Assembly: GCA_038231455.1 (NCBI GenBank)
Contig: JBBRLI010000013.1
Location: 1-64,000 of the forward strand
DNA: 64,000 nt
Direction: 5' to 3'
From: Vulcanimicrobiales bacterium
GTDB taxonomy: Bacteria; Vulcanimicrobiota; Vulcanimicrobiia; Vulcanimicrobiales; Vulcanimicrobiaceae
This document shows positions 46,960 to 56,120 of this stretch, piece by piece. Position 1 is the first letter of the stretch; each line of letters begins with the position of its first letter. Below the pieces are notes generated by a model. The model saw nothing but the letters and a program-made list of their open reading frames with translations, was not told the DNA's origin and ran no database searches. Position numbers and translations under genes: made by a program.

Positions 46960-48135
46960 GTGAACGCGGCAGCCATCCTCGAACTCACGATCGTCCTCGG
47001 CGCGCTAGCCGCCGGTGTCGCCGGTGTTGTGTTTGGATTACGCGCTCGCGCACAAGCACTCGGCGACCGGCTTGCGCTGCGACTCGCACTCGGTCGCGAA
47101 GGCACGCTGCTCGAGTCGGCGCGTCGTCTTGCGGATGCCTCGCGACTCTCGGTCGATGCGGTGCGCGGGGCGCTCGACGCCGCGATCGGCGAGAGTGCAC
47201 CGGCGGTCGATTTCTTCTTGATCTTCGAAGAAGAAGACGGCGAAATGCGGTGCGCGTATGCAAGTGGCGCACGCGCCGTTTATTTTCCGCGCGCGGCGCT
47301 TGCGCTCGATGATCCGCGACTGGCCTCCATCATCGCGCGCGACCATCATTCCATCGTGAACGATCCGGCGCCCGGCGCGGCTCTGCATCCGGCCGATCGT
47401 TCTTTCGGTCTTTTCCCGCTCGCGATCGGTGCGGGGCGTCACGTCGTGGTTTACGCCGGCTCGGCTGCCGGACCGATCGACGGTTCCGCCGAGACGATCG
47501 CCGCGATCGTCGAACAGGCGCGGCCCGCGTACCGGCTTGCGCTCGAACGCGAAGACGACAAGCGCCGCGCGGAATTCGACGGCTTGACGGGGCTCTTAAC
47601 GCCGCGCGCGTTTCGCGTGCGGCTTGCCGCGCTCCTCGACCGTTCGCGTAGCGATCCGCGCGCTCGGATCGCACTCCTTTTCGTCGATACCGACCACTTC
47701 AAGTCGTGGAACGATACGTTCGGGCACGAGTCCGGCGATTTGATCCTGCGCCAAATTGCGGAATTGCTTGCGCGCAGCGTCCGCACCGGCGAAGATCTTG
47801 TCGCCCGGAATGGGGGCGACGAGTTTTGCGTCGTCCTCACCGACACCGACAAAGCCGAAGCCGTCGAGCGCGCGCTCACCCTTGCTTTGGCAATCGCTCG
47901 CGCCGATCGCTCCGTGCTGCACGCGGGAGGCGTTTCGGGACAGGTGGCAATTACCGCATCGATCGGCGTTGCCGCGCTTCCGACGGATGCGACGACGGCG
48001 GCCCAATTGCTCGAGCGCGCGGACGCGGCGATGTACCACGCAAAAAAGAACGGCCGCGATGGTGTCTCGTACTACGACGCCCAAAACGAACTGCGGCGAG
48101 CTACAACGGCAAACATTTTCCAAAAGGAGGGTTAA
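46960..48135 (+). CDS. Membrane-anchored GAF-like plus GGDEF diguanylate cyclase
   Basis: TM helix, DGLTGL, DTDHFKSWNDTFGHESGD, RNGGDEF, SIG, ADAAMYHAK. Confidence 0.9.
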   Translation: MNAAAILELTIVLGALAAGVAGVVFGLRARAQALGDRLALRLALGREGTLLESARRLADASRLSVDAVRGALDAAIGESAPAVDFFLIFEEEDGEMRCAYASGARAVYFPRAALALDDPRLASIIARDHHSIVNDPAPGAALHPADRSFGLFPLAIGAGRHVVVYAGSAAGPIDGSAETIAAIVEQARPAYRLALEREDDKRRAEFDGLTGLLTPRAFRVRLAALLDRSRSDPRARIALLFVDTDHFKSWNDTFGHESGDLILRQIAELLARSVRTGEDLVARNGGDEFCVVLTDTDKAEAVERALTLALAIARADRSVLHAGGVSGQVAITASIGVAALPTDATTAAQLLERADAAMYHAKKNGRDGVSYYDAQNELRRATTANIFQKEG

Positions 48136-48185
48136 AGGCAGAATTTCCGGGTACGGCACGCTGGTCTATCGTCGGAGGGTCTGCC

Positions 48186-50471
48186 ACGGAGAGTTCCCAC
48201 TGGTTCGTTGACGAGCTTCCGCATGTCGTCTGGACGCAAGACGATCGCGGAGTGATCGATTCAGCGAACCGCCACTGGTTTGCTTACACGGGACGCTCGA
48301 GCGGCGATTCACTGACGATTTCGGACTTCGCACCGTTGATGCCGGCTGCCGAATTCGAGCGCTTTTTTGCGGAATTCACCGAGGCAATCGCAAGCGGTAC
48401 TCCTTACGAAGTCGAGTTACGTCTCAAGAAGATTGGCGGCGAGGACTCGACGTATCGTTGGCATACGATCCGTACGGCGCCGCACCGAGGTGAGGGCGAA
48501 CGCATCATCCGCTGGGTCGGGAGTGCAACCGATATTCACGACCGCAAGCGTGCCGAGGCAGAACTGCGTGCAAAGAAAGAACTCATCGGCCGGGTCTTTG
48601 AGAGCACGGATGATTGCATTAAAATCCTCGATCGCGACGGGCGATTGATTTCGATGAATCTTTCCGGCCAGCGGCATTTGGAAATTGATGATATCGAGCC
48701 GTTGATCGGTTCGCTCTGGATTGAATTTTGGCACGGCGCTGACCGTGTTGCCGCTCAGCAAGCACTCGCCTCCGCGCTTGCCGGCGAGACCGGACGTTTT
48801 CAGGGGTATTTCGTCAGTGGTAAGGGCCGACCGATGTGGTGGAGCGTCGTCGTCACGCCAATTCTCGGCCCCGAGGGGACGGTCGAAAAAGTCCTCGCAT
48901 TTTCGCACGACGTGAGCGACCTGCGCGCGATGAGTAATGCGCTCTCGCAAAGCGAACGATCCCAGCAGATTCTTGCGGACTCACTGCCCGCAATCGTCTG
49001 GTCCGCACAGTCCGATGGCGGCTTCGATTACTTTAACGAACGGTGGGCCGAATATACCGGCGCGCGGGTGGAAGAAAGTCTCGGGGCCGGCTGGACGCGC
49101 TTCGTGCATCCGGACGATGTCGATGCGAGCGTGATCGCGTGGTCGGTTGCGCGGGCGACCGGTGAGACGTACGAACAAGAACTGCGCCTGCGGCGTGGAC
49201 GCGATGCATCCTATCGCTGGCACATCATTCGCGCGGTTCCCGTTCGGAACGATGCGGGTGAGATCATCCGCTGGTTCGGAACGACGACCGACATCGAAGA
49301 GCGTAAATTCGCTTACGAGCGCGAACGCGAATGGTCGAATTCCTTCCAGCGGGCGTCGCTGCCGCCGTCGCTACCGATGCTCCCCGGACTCACGTTTGAT
49401 GCGGTGTACGAGCCCGGGCTCAGCGACGCCCAAGTCGGCGGCGATTGGTACGACGCACTGCGACTTGCCGACGGTCGCGTCCTCGTCTCCATCGGCGACG
49501 TTGCGGGCAGCGGCGTGCATGCAGCCGTCGTCATGGGCGTCGTGCGCCAGATTTTGCGCGGCATCGCGCAGGTCCACGCCGATCCTTCGCTCATGCTCGA
49601 TGCAGCGGACCGTGCGCTGCGGGCCGAACATCCCGACGTGTTCGTCACCGCGTGGGTTGGGGTGCTCGACCTCGTCACGCGCACGCTCACGTACGCGTCG
49701 GCCGGACATCCGTATCCGATTCTGATCGCGCCGAATATGGGCGTGCGCGAACTCGAACATTCGGCGCTGCCGCTTGGGTTACGCAAAGGACACGACGGCG
49801 TTGCGAACATGGTCGAGATCCCCGATCATGCGACGCTCGTGCTCTACACGGACGGCTTGACCGAGTCAACGCACGACATTGCCGCGGGGAACGAGCGCCT
49901 ACTCGAAGCGGCTCGCTCACGCACCGATGCGAGCGCGTCGTTTCCCGCGCACGCGATCGCTCGAGCCGTCATTCCCCACGGCTCGCATGACGATGTCGCG
50001 ATTCTCGTCGCGCAAACCGATTACGCGCTGATCGAATCGCAGATCGAGCGCTGGACATTCGATGCCGGTGACATGTCGACGGCGACGCGGGCACGGCGCG
50101 CGTTTTGCGCCTCGCTCCAGTCGCGCGGCATTCCGTCGGATATGCTGCCGAATGCCGAGTTGATTTTCGGCGAACTCATCGGCAATGCGATCCGGCATGC
50201 GCCCGGCATGGTCGACGTGGTTGTAGATTACAGCACCGATCAGCCTGTGCTCCACGTCCTCGACCGCGGCGCGGGCTTTCGGCACATCAGCCGACTGCCG
50301 GCCGACCCGCTCAGCGAATCCGGGCGCGGTCTCTTTATCATCTCGTCGGTCGCCGAGGACTTCACCGTGACGCTACGGCCCGACGGCGGCAGCCACGCTC
50401 GCGTCATCATTGCGACCGCGTATGTGGGCGACGTCCGCGACCGCGCCGAGGCACAATCGTCCTTCGCGTAA
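48186..50471 (+). CDS. PAS x3 - SpoIIE/PP2C phosphatase - HATPase (RsbW-like) fusion; start possibly ACG
   Basis: Three PAS domains; PP2C motifs VGGDWYD, GDVAGSG, YTDGLTE, HDDVA; HATPase motifs ELIGNAIRH, DRGAG, GRGL. Confidence 0.85.
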   Translation, partial: TESSHWFVDELPHVVWTQDDRGVIDSANRHWFAYTGRSSGDSLTISDFAPLMPAAEFERFFAEFTEAIASGTPYEVELRLKKIGGEDSTYRWHTIRTAPHRGEGERIIRWVGSATDIHDRKRAEAELRAKKELIGRVFESTDDCIKILDRDGRLISMNLSGQRHLEIDDIEPLIGSLWIEFWHGADRVAAQQALASALAGETGRFQGYFVSGKGRPMWWSVVVTPILGPEGTVEKVLAFSHDVSDLRAMSNALSQSERSQQILADSLPAIVWSAQSDGGFDYFNERWAEYTGARVEESLGAGWTRFVHPDDVDASVIAWSVARATGETYEQELRLRRGRDASYRWHIIRAVPVRNDAGEIIRWFGTTTDIEERKFAYEREREWSNSFQRASLPPSLPMLPGLTFDAVYEPGLSDAQVGGDWYDALRLADGRVLVSIGDVAGSGVHAAVVMGVVRQILRGIAQVHADPSLMLDAADRALRAEHPDVFVTAWVGVLDLVTRTLTYASAGHPYPILIAPNMGVRELEHSALPLGLRKGHDGVANMVEIPDHATLVLYTDGLTESTHDIAAGNERLLEAARSRTDASASFPAHAIARAVIPHGSHDDVAILVAQTDYALIESQIERWTFDAGDMSTATRARRAFCASLQSRGIPSDMLPNAELIFGELIGNAIRHAPGMVDVVVDYSTDQPVLHVLDRGAGFRHISRLPADPLSESGRGLFIISSVAEDFTVTLRPDGGSHARVIIATAYVGDVRDRAEAQSSFA

Positions 50472-50516
50472 CCGCCCTTGGGGAATCTCGTGCCGGGTGC
50501 ACGAATCAAAGGGGTG

Positions 50517-51674
50517 ATGTTTCGCTATTTGACGGCCGGTGAATCCCACGGGCCTGCCCTCGTTGGTATCCTCGATGGAATTCCGGCCCACCTGAAGCTC
50601 GACGTCGAGCGGATCGATGCGGCCCTGCGCGCGCGCCAAGGCGGCTACGGCCGCGGCAATCGCATGAAGATCGAGACCGACCAGGTCGAATTTCTCGCGG
50701 GCTTGCGCGGTTCGGTGACGCTGGGTTCGCCGCTGGCGATCGTGGTGCGGAATAAGGATCACGCGAACGTGCGCGACTTGATGGACCCGCTCACGGGCAC
50801 CGGCAAACCGCTGACGAACCCGCGACCGGGGCACGCCGACTACGCCGGCGCGATGAAATACCGCGAACGCGATCTGCGCAACATTCTCGAGCGCGCGAGT
50901 GCGCGCGAAACGGCGATGCGCGTAGCGATTGGGGCGATCTGCGCGCAGTTTCTCGAGCAACTCGGCATTCACACAACCTCGCATACCTCGCGCATCGGCT
51001 CGGTCGCGGCGCCGCCGCTCGATCGTATCGACCCGGCTATCGTCAACGAGAGCGACGTGCGGTGTCCGGACCCGGCGACGGCGCAAGCGATGATCGATGC
51101 GATCGACGTCGCAAAGAAAGCGGGCGACACGCTTGGCGGCCAGTTCACGATCACGATTACCGGCGTTCCGGCAGGCATCGGCAGCAACCGGCAACCCGAT
51201 ACGCGCCTCGATGGCGTCATCGCCGGTGCGCTCATGGCGATGCAAACCGTGAAAGCCGTAGAAGTAGGCATCGGCTCGGAGGTCGGCGCGCTGCCGGGTT
51301 CCGAGGCGCACGACACGTTTGCCTACGCCGGAAGCGAACTCGTACGCGGCTCCAATCGCGCCGGCGGCATCGAAGGCGGAATGTCCAACGGTCAAACGAT
51401 CAGCGTACGCGTGAGCGTCAAAGCGATTCCTACGTTGATGAAAGCGCTGCCGTCCGTCAATCTGCATGAAGGCGTGGACGCACCGGCATCGATTGTGCGC
51501 AGCGACGTCTGCGTGGTGCCGGCGGCGGGGCTCGTCGGCGAGGCCATGGTGCTCATCGCGCTCATGGGTCCGATTCTGGAAAAGTTTGGCGGCGATTCGA
51601 TGGAGGAGACGCGCGACAATTTCGAACGCTCCGTGTCGGCTGCAAACGACCTCTTCAACGCGGCGCACCGGTGA
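50517..51674 (+). CDS. aroC: Chorismate synthase
   Basis: TAGESHG, RPGHAD, RASARETA, GGIEGGMSNG, RSDVC. Confidence 0.96.
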   Translation: MFRYLTAGESHGPALVGILDGIPAHLKLDVERIDAALRARQGGYGRGNRMKIETDQVEFLAGLRGSVTLGSPLAIVVRNKDHANVRDLMDPLTGTGKPLTNPRPGHADYAGAMKYRERDLRNILERASARETAMRVAIGAICAQFLEQLGIHTTSHTSRIGSVAAPPLDRIDPAIVNESDVRCPDPATAQAMIDAIDVAKKAGDTLGGQFTITITGVPAGIGSNRQPDTRLDGVIAGALMAMQTVKAVEVGIGSEVGALPGSEAHDTFAYAGSELVRGSNRAGGIEGGMSNGQTISVRVSVKAIPTLMKALPSVNLHEGVDAPASIVRSDVCVVPAAGLVGEAMVLIALMGPILEKFGGDSMEETRDNFERSVSAANDLFNAAHR

Positions 51675-52171
51675 GTCGGCCGATCGCACTCATCGGCTTC
51701 ATGGCGGCAGGCAAAACGACGATCGGTCGACGCCTTGCAAAACTGCTCGCGCGCGAATTCGTCGATACGGATGCCGTCATCAGCGCCAAATACGGTCCGA
51801 TCCCGGAGATTTTTGCAACGCAAGGCGAGGCGGCGTTCCGGCGCTATGAATGTGACGTCGTGGCCGACGTCTTAGTCGGCGAGCGCGTGGTCGCACTTGG
51901 CGGAGGCGCGGTCACCTACGCGCCGACGCGGGCGCTCATCGCCGAGCGCGCGTACCGGATCTTCATCGAAACGACGCCGGCATTCACGCTCGAACGATTG
52001 AAGAACGCACGCGTTACGCGACCCCTCGCCGGCGCGGCGCCAACGGTGGAATCGCTCGCGGCGATCTTCGCCGAACGGTTGCCGTTCTACCGTGATGCGG
52101 ACCTGACGATCAGTGGCGATGGCCGCACCAGTACCGACGTCGCTCGCGAGCTTGCGGAACGTTTAGCATGA
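51671..52171 (+). CDS. aroK: Shikimate kinase
   Basis: GFMAAGKTT, GEAAFR, ALGGG, RPL. Confidence 0.93.
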   Translation: MSRPIALIGFMAAGKTTIGRRLAKLLAREFVDTDAVISAKYGPIPEIFATQGEAAFRRYECDVVADVLVGERVVALGGGAVTYAPTRALIAERAYRIFIETTPAFTLERLKNARVTRPLAGAAPTVESLAAIFAERLPFYRDADLTISGDGRTSTDVARELAERLA

Positions 52172-53241
52172 CGCGCCTCGAAGAACTCGGATATCCCGTC
52201 ATCGTCGGCGGCAACGTCGCAAAAGAAGTCGCGGCGATCGTCGCCGAGCGCGGATTCACGCGCGTTGCGATCGTGTGCGATAAGAACGTCGAGGCAATTG
52301 CGCGGCGCATCGGTCGCGCCATCAAAGGCCACTTAGGCGTCGTGCCGTTCGCCCTGGGCGAGCGCCGTAAGACGCTCGCGACCGTTAGCAAAGTGCTCGA
52401 CGCACTCGCGGAGCTTGGCGCCGACCGACGTACGCTCGTCATCGGTGTCGGCGGCGGCGTCGGCGGCGATCTCTTTGGGTTTGCCGCCTCGATCTACATG
52501 CGCGGCGTGCCGTATCTCAACGTCGCAACGTCGCTCGTCGCGATGGTCGATGCGTCGGTCGGCGGAAAAACGGGCGTCGATTTGGCAGCCGGAAAGAATC
52601 TTGCCGGGACGTTCAAAGATCCGGTCGCCGTCGTTGCGGATATCGATGCGCTTGCAACGCTCCCGGAGCGATTCTTGCGCGAAGGTCTTGCCGAACTCGT
52701 CAAGCACGGGATCATCGAAGGCAACGATGCCTTCGACTCGCTCGAGACCCTCGCGCCGCATCCGCTGCGCAAGTGGCCGTGGGAGACCGTCGTATCGGAA
52801 TCGATTCGCATCAAGGCGATGTACGTCAACGACGACCGCTTCGAGGCGGGCGCCCGCGAAGTGCTCAACCTCGGTCACACGGTCGGCCACGCGATCGAAC
52901 GCGCGAGCGACTTCCGCATCACGCACGGCAACGCCGTCTCGATCGGACTGCGGGCGGCGGGCCTGCTCGCGATGCGCACCAAGCGCTTCTCAACGCGCGA
53001 TCACTTGCGCGTGCTCTCGCTACTCGCCCTCTTGCGATTGCCGCTCCACGTCGAGAACGTCAATGTTGGCGAGATCGTCGATGCGATGGGTGCCGATAAA
53101 AAGAAGCGCGACGGCATGTTGCGATTCGTGTTGCCGCGCAGTATCGGCGATGTCGAATTCGGCGTCAGCGTCCCCGCCGCGACGATCCGCTCGGTCATCA
53201 CCCGCTGCACGCATCTTCCCGGAGATCGCGAATTCCGCTAG
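52168..53241 (+). CDS. aroB: 3-dehydroquinate synthase
   Basis: GGGVGGD, DASVGGKTG, KN, LNLGHT, HGNAV, DKK. Confidence 0.95.
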   Translation: MTRLEELGYPVIVGGNVAKEVAAIVAERGFTRVAIVCDKNVEAIARRIGRAIKGHLGVVPFALGERRKTLATVSKVLDALAELGADRRTLVIGVGGGVGGDLFGFAASIYMRGVPYLNVATSLVAMVDASVGGKTGVDLAAGKNLAGTFKDPVAVVADIDALATLPERFLREGLAELVKHGIIEGNDAFDSLETLAPHPLRKWPWETVVSESIRIKAMYVNDDRFEAGAREVLNLGHTVGHAIERASDFRITHGNAVSIGLRAAGLLAMRTKRFSTRDHLRVLSLLALLRLPLHVENVNVGEIVDAMGADKKKRDGMLRFVLPRSIGDVEFGVSVPAATIRSVITRCTHLPGDREFR

Positions 53242-55616
53242 TCGTCGACGTCCTCGTTCAACTCAAAACCGCGCGCTTCGATCGTCCGCTCACCTATCTT
53301 GTCCCACCGGAGATGGTGCTTGAGGTCGGCGATGTCGTGCGCGTTCCGTTCGGCCCGCGCGAAGCGTATGCATACGCGGTCACGGGCGTTCGCGAGCATG
53401 CCGATCCGCCCGCAAATCTGCGCCCGATTGCATCGAAGGCCACGACTCCGCGCGCCTTCGATGCAATGGGGCTCTCCCTCGCGCAGTGGGTCGCGGGATA
53501 CTATCTTTGTTCGCTTGGCGAGGCACTCTCGGCGGTCGTTCTCGGCGGAGCCATCCCGCGTGCCGTGGATCGATTCGTGCCGGTACGCGAGACACCACCG
53601 ATCGCCTCGAGCGTTCCGGAGCGACTTCTGCGCCTCATCTGGAACGATCTGCGCGAAGGGTTTAGCCTCGAGGGATTCTTGCGCCATGCGGAGGCACGGC
53701 GCGCGGGCGATCGGCGCACGCTACTCGGCTATCTCCAGACCCTGACGCGTAGCGGCGATTTGGTGCGACGACGTGTTTTCGGCGGGGCGCGGACGAAAAC
53801 GACGCTCGTCCGCACGCTCGTTCCCGGTAGGGGCGAAATCGGCGGGAAGAAAGCGGCCGCACTCGTCGCATTCGTGTGCGAGGCCGGGAGCGTTCGCCGA
53901 CCCGATGCGCTGCTCGCCGGATTTTCGAATGCCGTCATCGCGCGCGCGATCAAGACCGGTGCCGTGCGCGAAGAGCAGCGGCCGGTGGGCATCGAGCGCG
54001 ATGCGCTGATCCGGTTGCCAACGTTCGTCGCAACGGACGAACAACGAGAATCGATCGATGCGATTGCCGCGGCACTCGATGCCGGTGCCTACGCGCAGTT
54101 CTTGCTGCACGGCATTACGGGCAGCGGCAAGACCTTCGTGTACATCAGCGCGATTGCGAAGGTCCTGGCCGCCGGTGGGCGAGCGATCGTCCTTGTGCCG
54201 GAGATTTCGCTCACGCCGCAGACCGCACGGCGCTTCGAGGATGCCTTCGGTAATCGCGTCGCGGTGTTGCACTCCGCGCTCTCGGATCGCGAGCGCTTCG
54301 ATGCGTGGCAAGCAGCGGCACGCGGCGAGATCGCCGTCGTCGTCGGGGCGCGCAGTGCCATCTTCGCGCCGCTTGCCGACGTCCGCCTCGTTGTGGTTGA
54401 CGAAGCGCACGAGACGTCATACAAACAGGACACCTCACCGCGCTATCATGCGGTGAGCGTTGCCCGCGAACGGATGCGCGTTGTTGGCGGTGTCGTCGTC
54501 CTTGGGAGCGCGACGCCGTCGGTCGACGACTACGCGCGCGCGCGCGCCGGACGATTCCCGCTCTTGCGGCTGCGTAAGCGTGCGACGGCAATGCCGCTGC
54601 CGCAGACCCAAATCGTCGATATGGCAGCAGAACTCGAAGCGGGGAATCGCCGGATTTTTTCAAGTGCCCTCGTCGAGGCGATGACCGCGCGCATCGAACG
54701 CGGCGAGAAGACGGTGCTCTTCGTGAATCGGCGCGGGAGCGGTGGTTTCATCTTGTGTCGTTCGTGCGGATACGTGCCGAATTGCCTGCGTTGTTCGACT
54801 TCGCTTGCCGCGCACCGCAGTGAGGGGCTGCTGCGCTGTCACTACTGCGATGCGCAATCGATGATTCCCGAGCTCTGTCCGCAATGCGGCGGCGGTCCGA
54901 TTCGCGAATTCGGCGTCGGCACCGAACGCGTCGTGACCGATGTCCAACGCCTTTTTCCAAACGCGCGCGTCCTGCGCATGGATAGCGATACGACGACGCG
55001 CGTCGGGGATCACGCGCGCATCCTCGATGCCTTTGAGGCTGAAGGCGATGTCCTCGTCGGGACGCAGATGGTCGCGAAGGGATTGGATTTTGCGGGCGTC
55101 ACGCTCGTGGGTGTTATCGCGGCCGACATCGGACTCCACATGGCCGATTATCGCGCGTCGGAGCGGACGTTCGGGCTCATCACGCAAGTGAGCGGTCGCA
55201 GCGGTCGCGCGGTCCTCGGTGAGGCGATCGTGCAGACGTACTCACCGACGCATCCGGCGATCGTTTTCGCAGCGAATCACGACTACGACGGTTTCGCGGA
55301 AGTGGAACTACGCGATCGCAAGATCACGGGCTATCCGCCGTATTCGCACCTCGTCTACCTCGGCGTCATCGGTCGCGACCAAGCGCAAACGGAAACGGCA
55401 GTTGAGGCGTACGCATCGCGCTTGCGGACGGAATCCGGGTGGGCGACGCTTGGTCCCGCGCCCTATCCGATTGCAAAGCTCAATAACGAGTGGCGGTATC
55501 GAATCGCGCTGCGTGGCAAAGACCTTGCGGCGGTGCGTGCCTTCATCCGCGAAGTCATCGTACCATTGTCCCGGGCGGACTCGACGACCCGGCTCCTCAT
55601 CAATGTAGACCCGTAA
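53232..55616 (+). CDS. priA: Primosomal protein N'; start probably ATT 53232 (first ATG at 53313)
   Basis: LTY..P and VRVPFG, GITGSGKT, DEAH, four CxxC, GTQMVAKG, QVSGRSGR, C-terminal VDP. Confidence 0.93.
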   Translation: MPLVVDVLVQLKTARFDRPLTYLVPPEMVLEVGDVVRVPFGPREAYAYAVTGVREHADPPANLRPIASKATTPRAFDAMGLSLAQWVAGYYLCSLGEALSAVVLGGAIPRAVDRFVPVRETPPIASSVPERLLRLIWNDLREGFSLEGFLRHAEARRAGDRRTLLGYLQTLTRSGDLVRRRVFGGARTKTTLVRTLVPGRGEIGGKKAAALVAFVCEAGSVRRPDALLAGFSNAVIARAIKTGAVREEQRPVGIERDALIRLPTFVATDEQRESIDAIAAALDAGAYAQFLLHGITGSGKTFVYISAIAKVLAAGGRAIVLVPEISLTPQTARRFEDAFGNRVAVLHSALSDRERFDAWQAAARGEIAVVVGARSAIFAPLADVRLVVVDEAHETSYKQDTSPRYHAVSVARERMRVVGGVVVLGSATPSVDDYARARAGRFPLLRLRKRATAMPLPQTQIVDMAAELEAGNRRIFSSALVEAMTARIERGEKTVLFVNRRGSGGFILCRSCGYVPNCLRCSTSLAAHRSEGLLRCHYCDAQSMIPELCPQCGGGPIREFGVGTERVVTDVQRLFPNARVLRMDSDTTTRVGDHARILDAFEAEGDVLVGTQMVAKGLDFAGVTLVGVIAADIGLHMADYRASERTFGLITQVSGRSGRAVLGEAIVQTYSPTHPAIVFAANHDYDGFAEVELRDRKITGYPPYSHLVYLGVIGRDQAQTETAVEAYASRLRTESGWATLGPAPYPIAKLNNEWRYRIALRGKDLAAVRAFIREVIVPLSRADSTTRLLINVDP

Positions 55617-55667
55617 GCGGCGGTGTCGCCGCCAAGGGGCACGTGCCTTCAAATCGAACCGCATGCC

Positions 55668-56120
55668 ATGGTAAAACTCTCCATCAACGGCAAATCCCAT
55701 CAACTGGACGTTCCCGCCGAGATGCCCCTGCTCTGGGCGATCCGCGATGTCGTCGGTTTGACCGGAACGAAGTTCGGCTGCGGCATTGCCGCGTGCGGAG
55801 CCTGTACCGTCCACGTGGATGGTGTCGCCGTGCGCTCGTGCACGTTGCCCGTCGCCGCTGCTGTTGGGAAACGCGTGACGACGATCGAGGGACTCGCGCC
55901 GATCGATAAACCGCATCCGGTGCAAGTCGCCTGGGTGGCCGAAAACGTGCCGCAATGCGGCTATTGTCAGTCGGGGCAAATCATGACGGCGGCCGCCCTG
56001 CTCGCGCAGAAGCCAAAGCCGACCGATGCCGACATCGATGTGACGATGACGAATATCTGTCGCTGCGGGTGTTATCCGCGCATCAAATCGGCGATCAAGA
56101 AAGCCGCGGGGATCGCATGA
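55668..56120 (+). CDS. (2Fe-2S) subunit of a xanthine/isoquinoline oxidoreductase-family enzyme (IorA-like)
   Basis: [24 protein letters not shown]. Confidence 0.92.
   Translation: MVKLSINGKSHQLDVPAEMPLLWAIRDVVGLTGTKFGCGIAACGACTVHVDGVAVRSCTLPVAAAVGKRVTTIEGLAPIDKPHPVQVAWVAENVPQCGYCQSGQIMTAAALLAQKPKPTDADIDVTMTNICRCGCYPRIKSAIKKAAGIA

Noticed and set aside
48042-48048. A-AAA-AAG slippery heptamer that could fuse the cyclase to the PP2C frame
   Set aside because: It encodes AKK in the conserved GGDEF C-terminal motif; a shift would remove the last strand, and no clear stimulatory element was seen.
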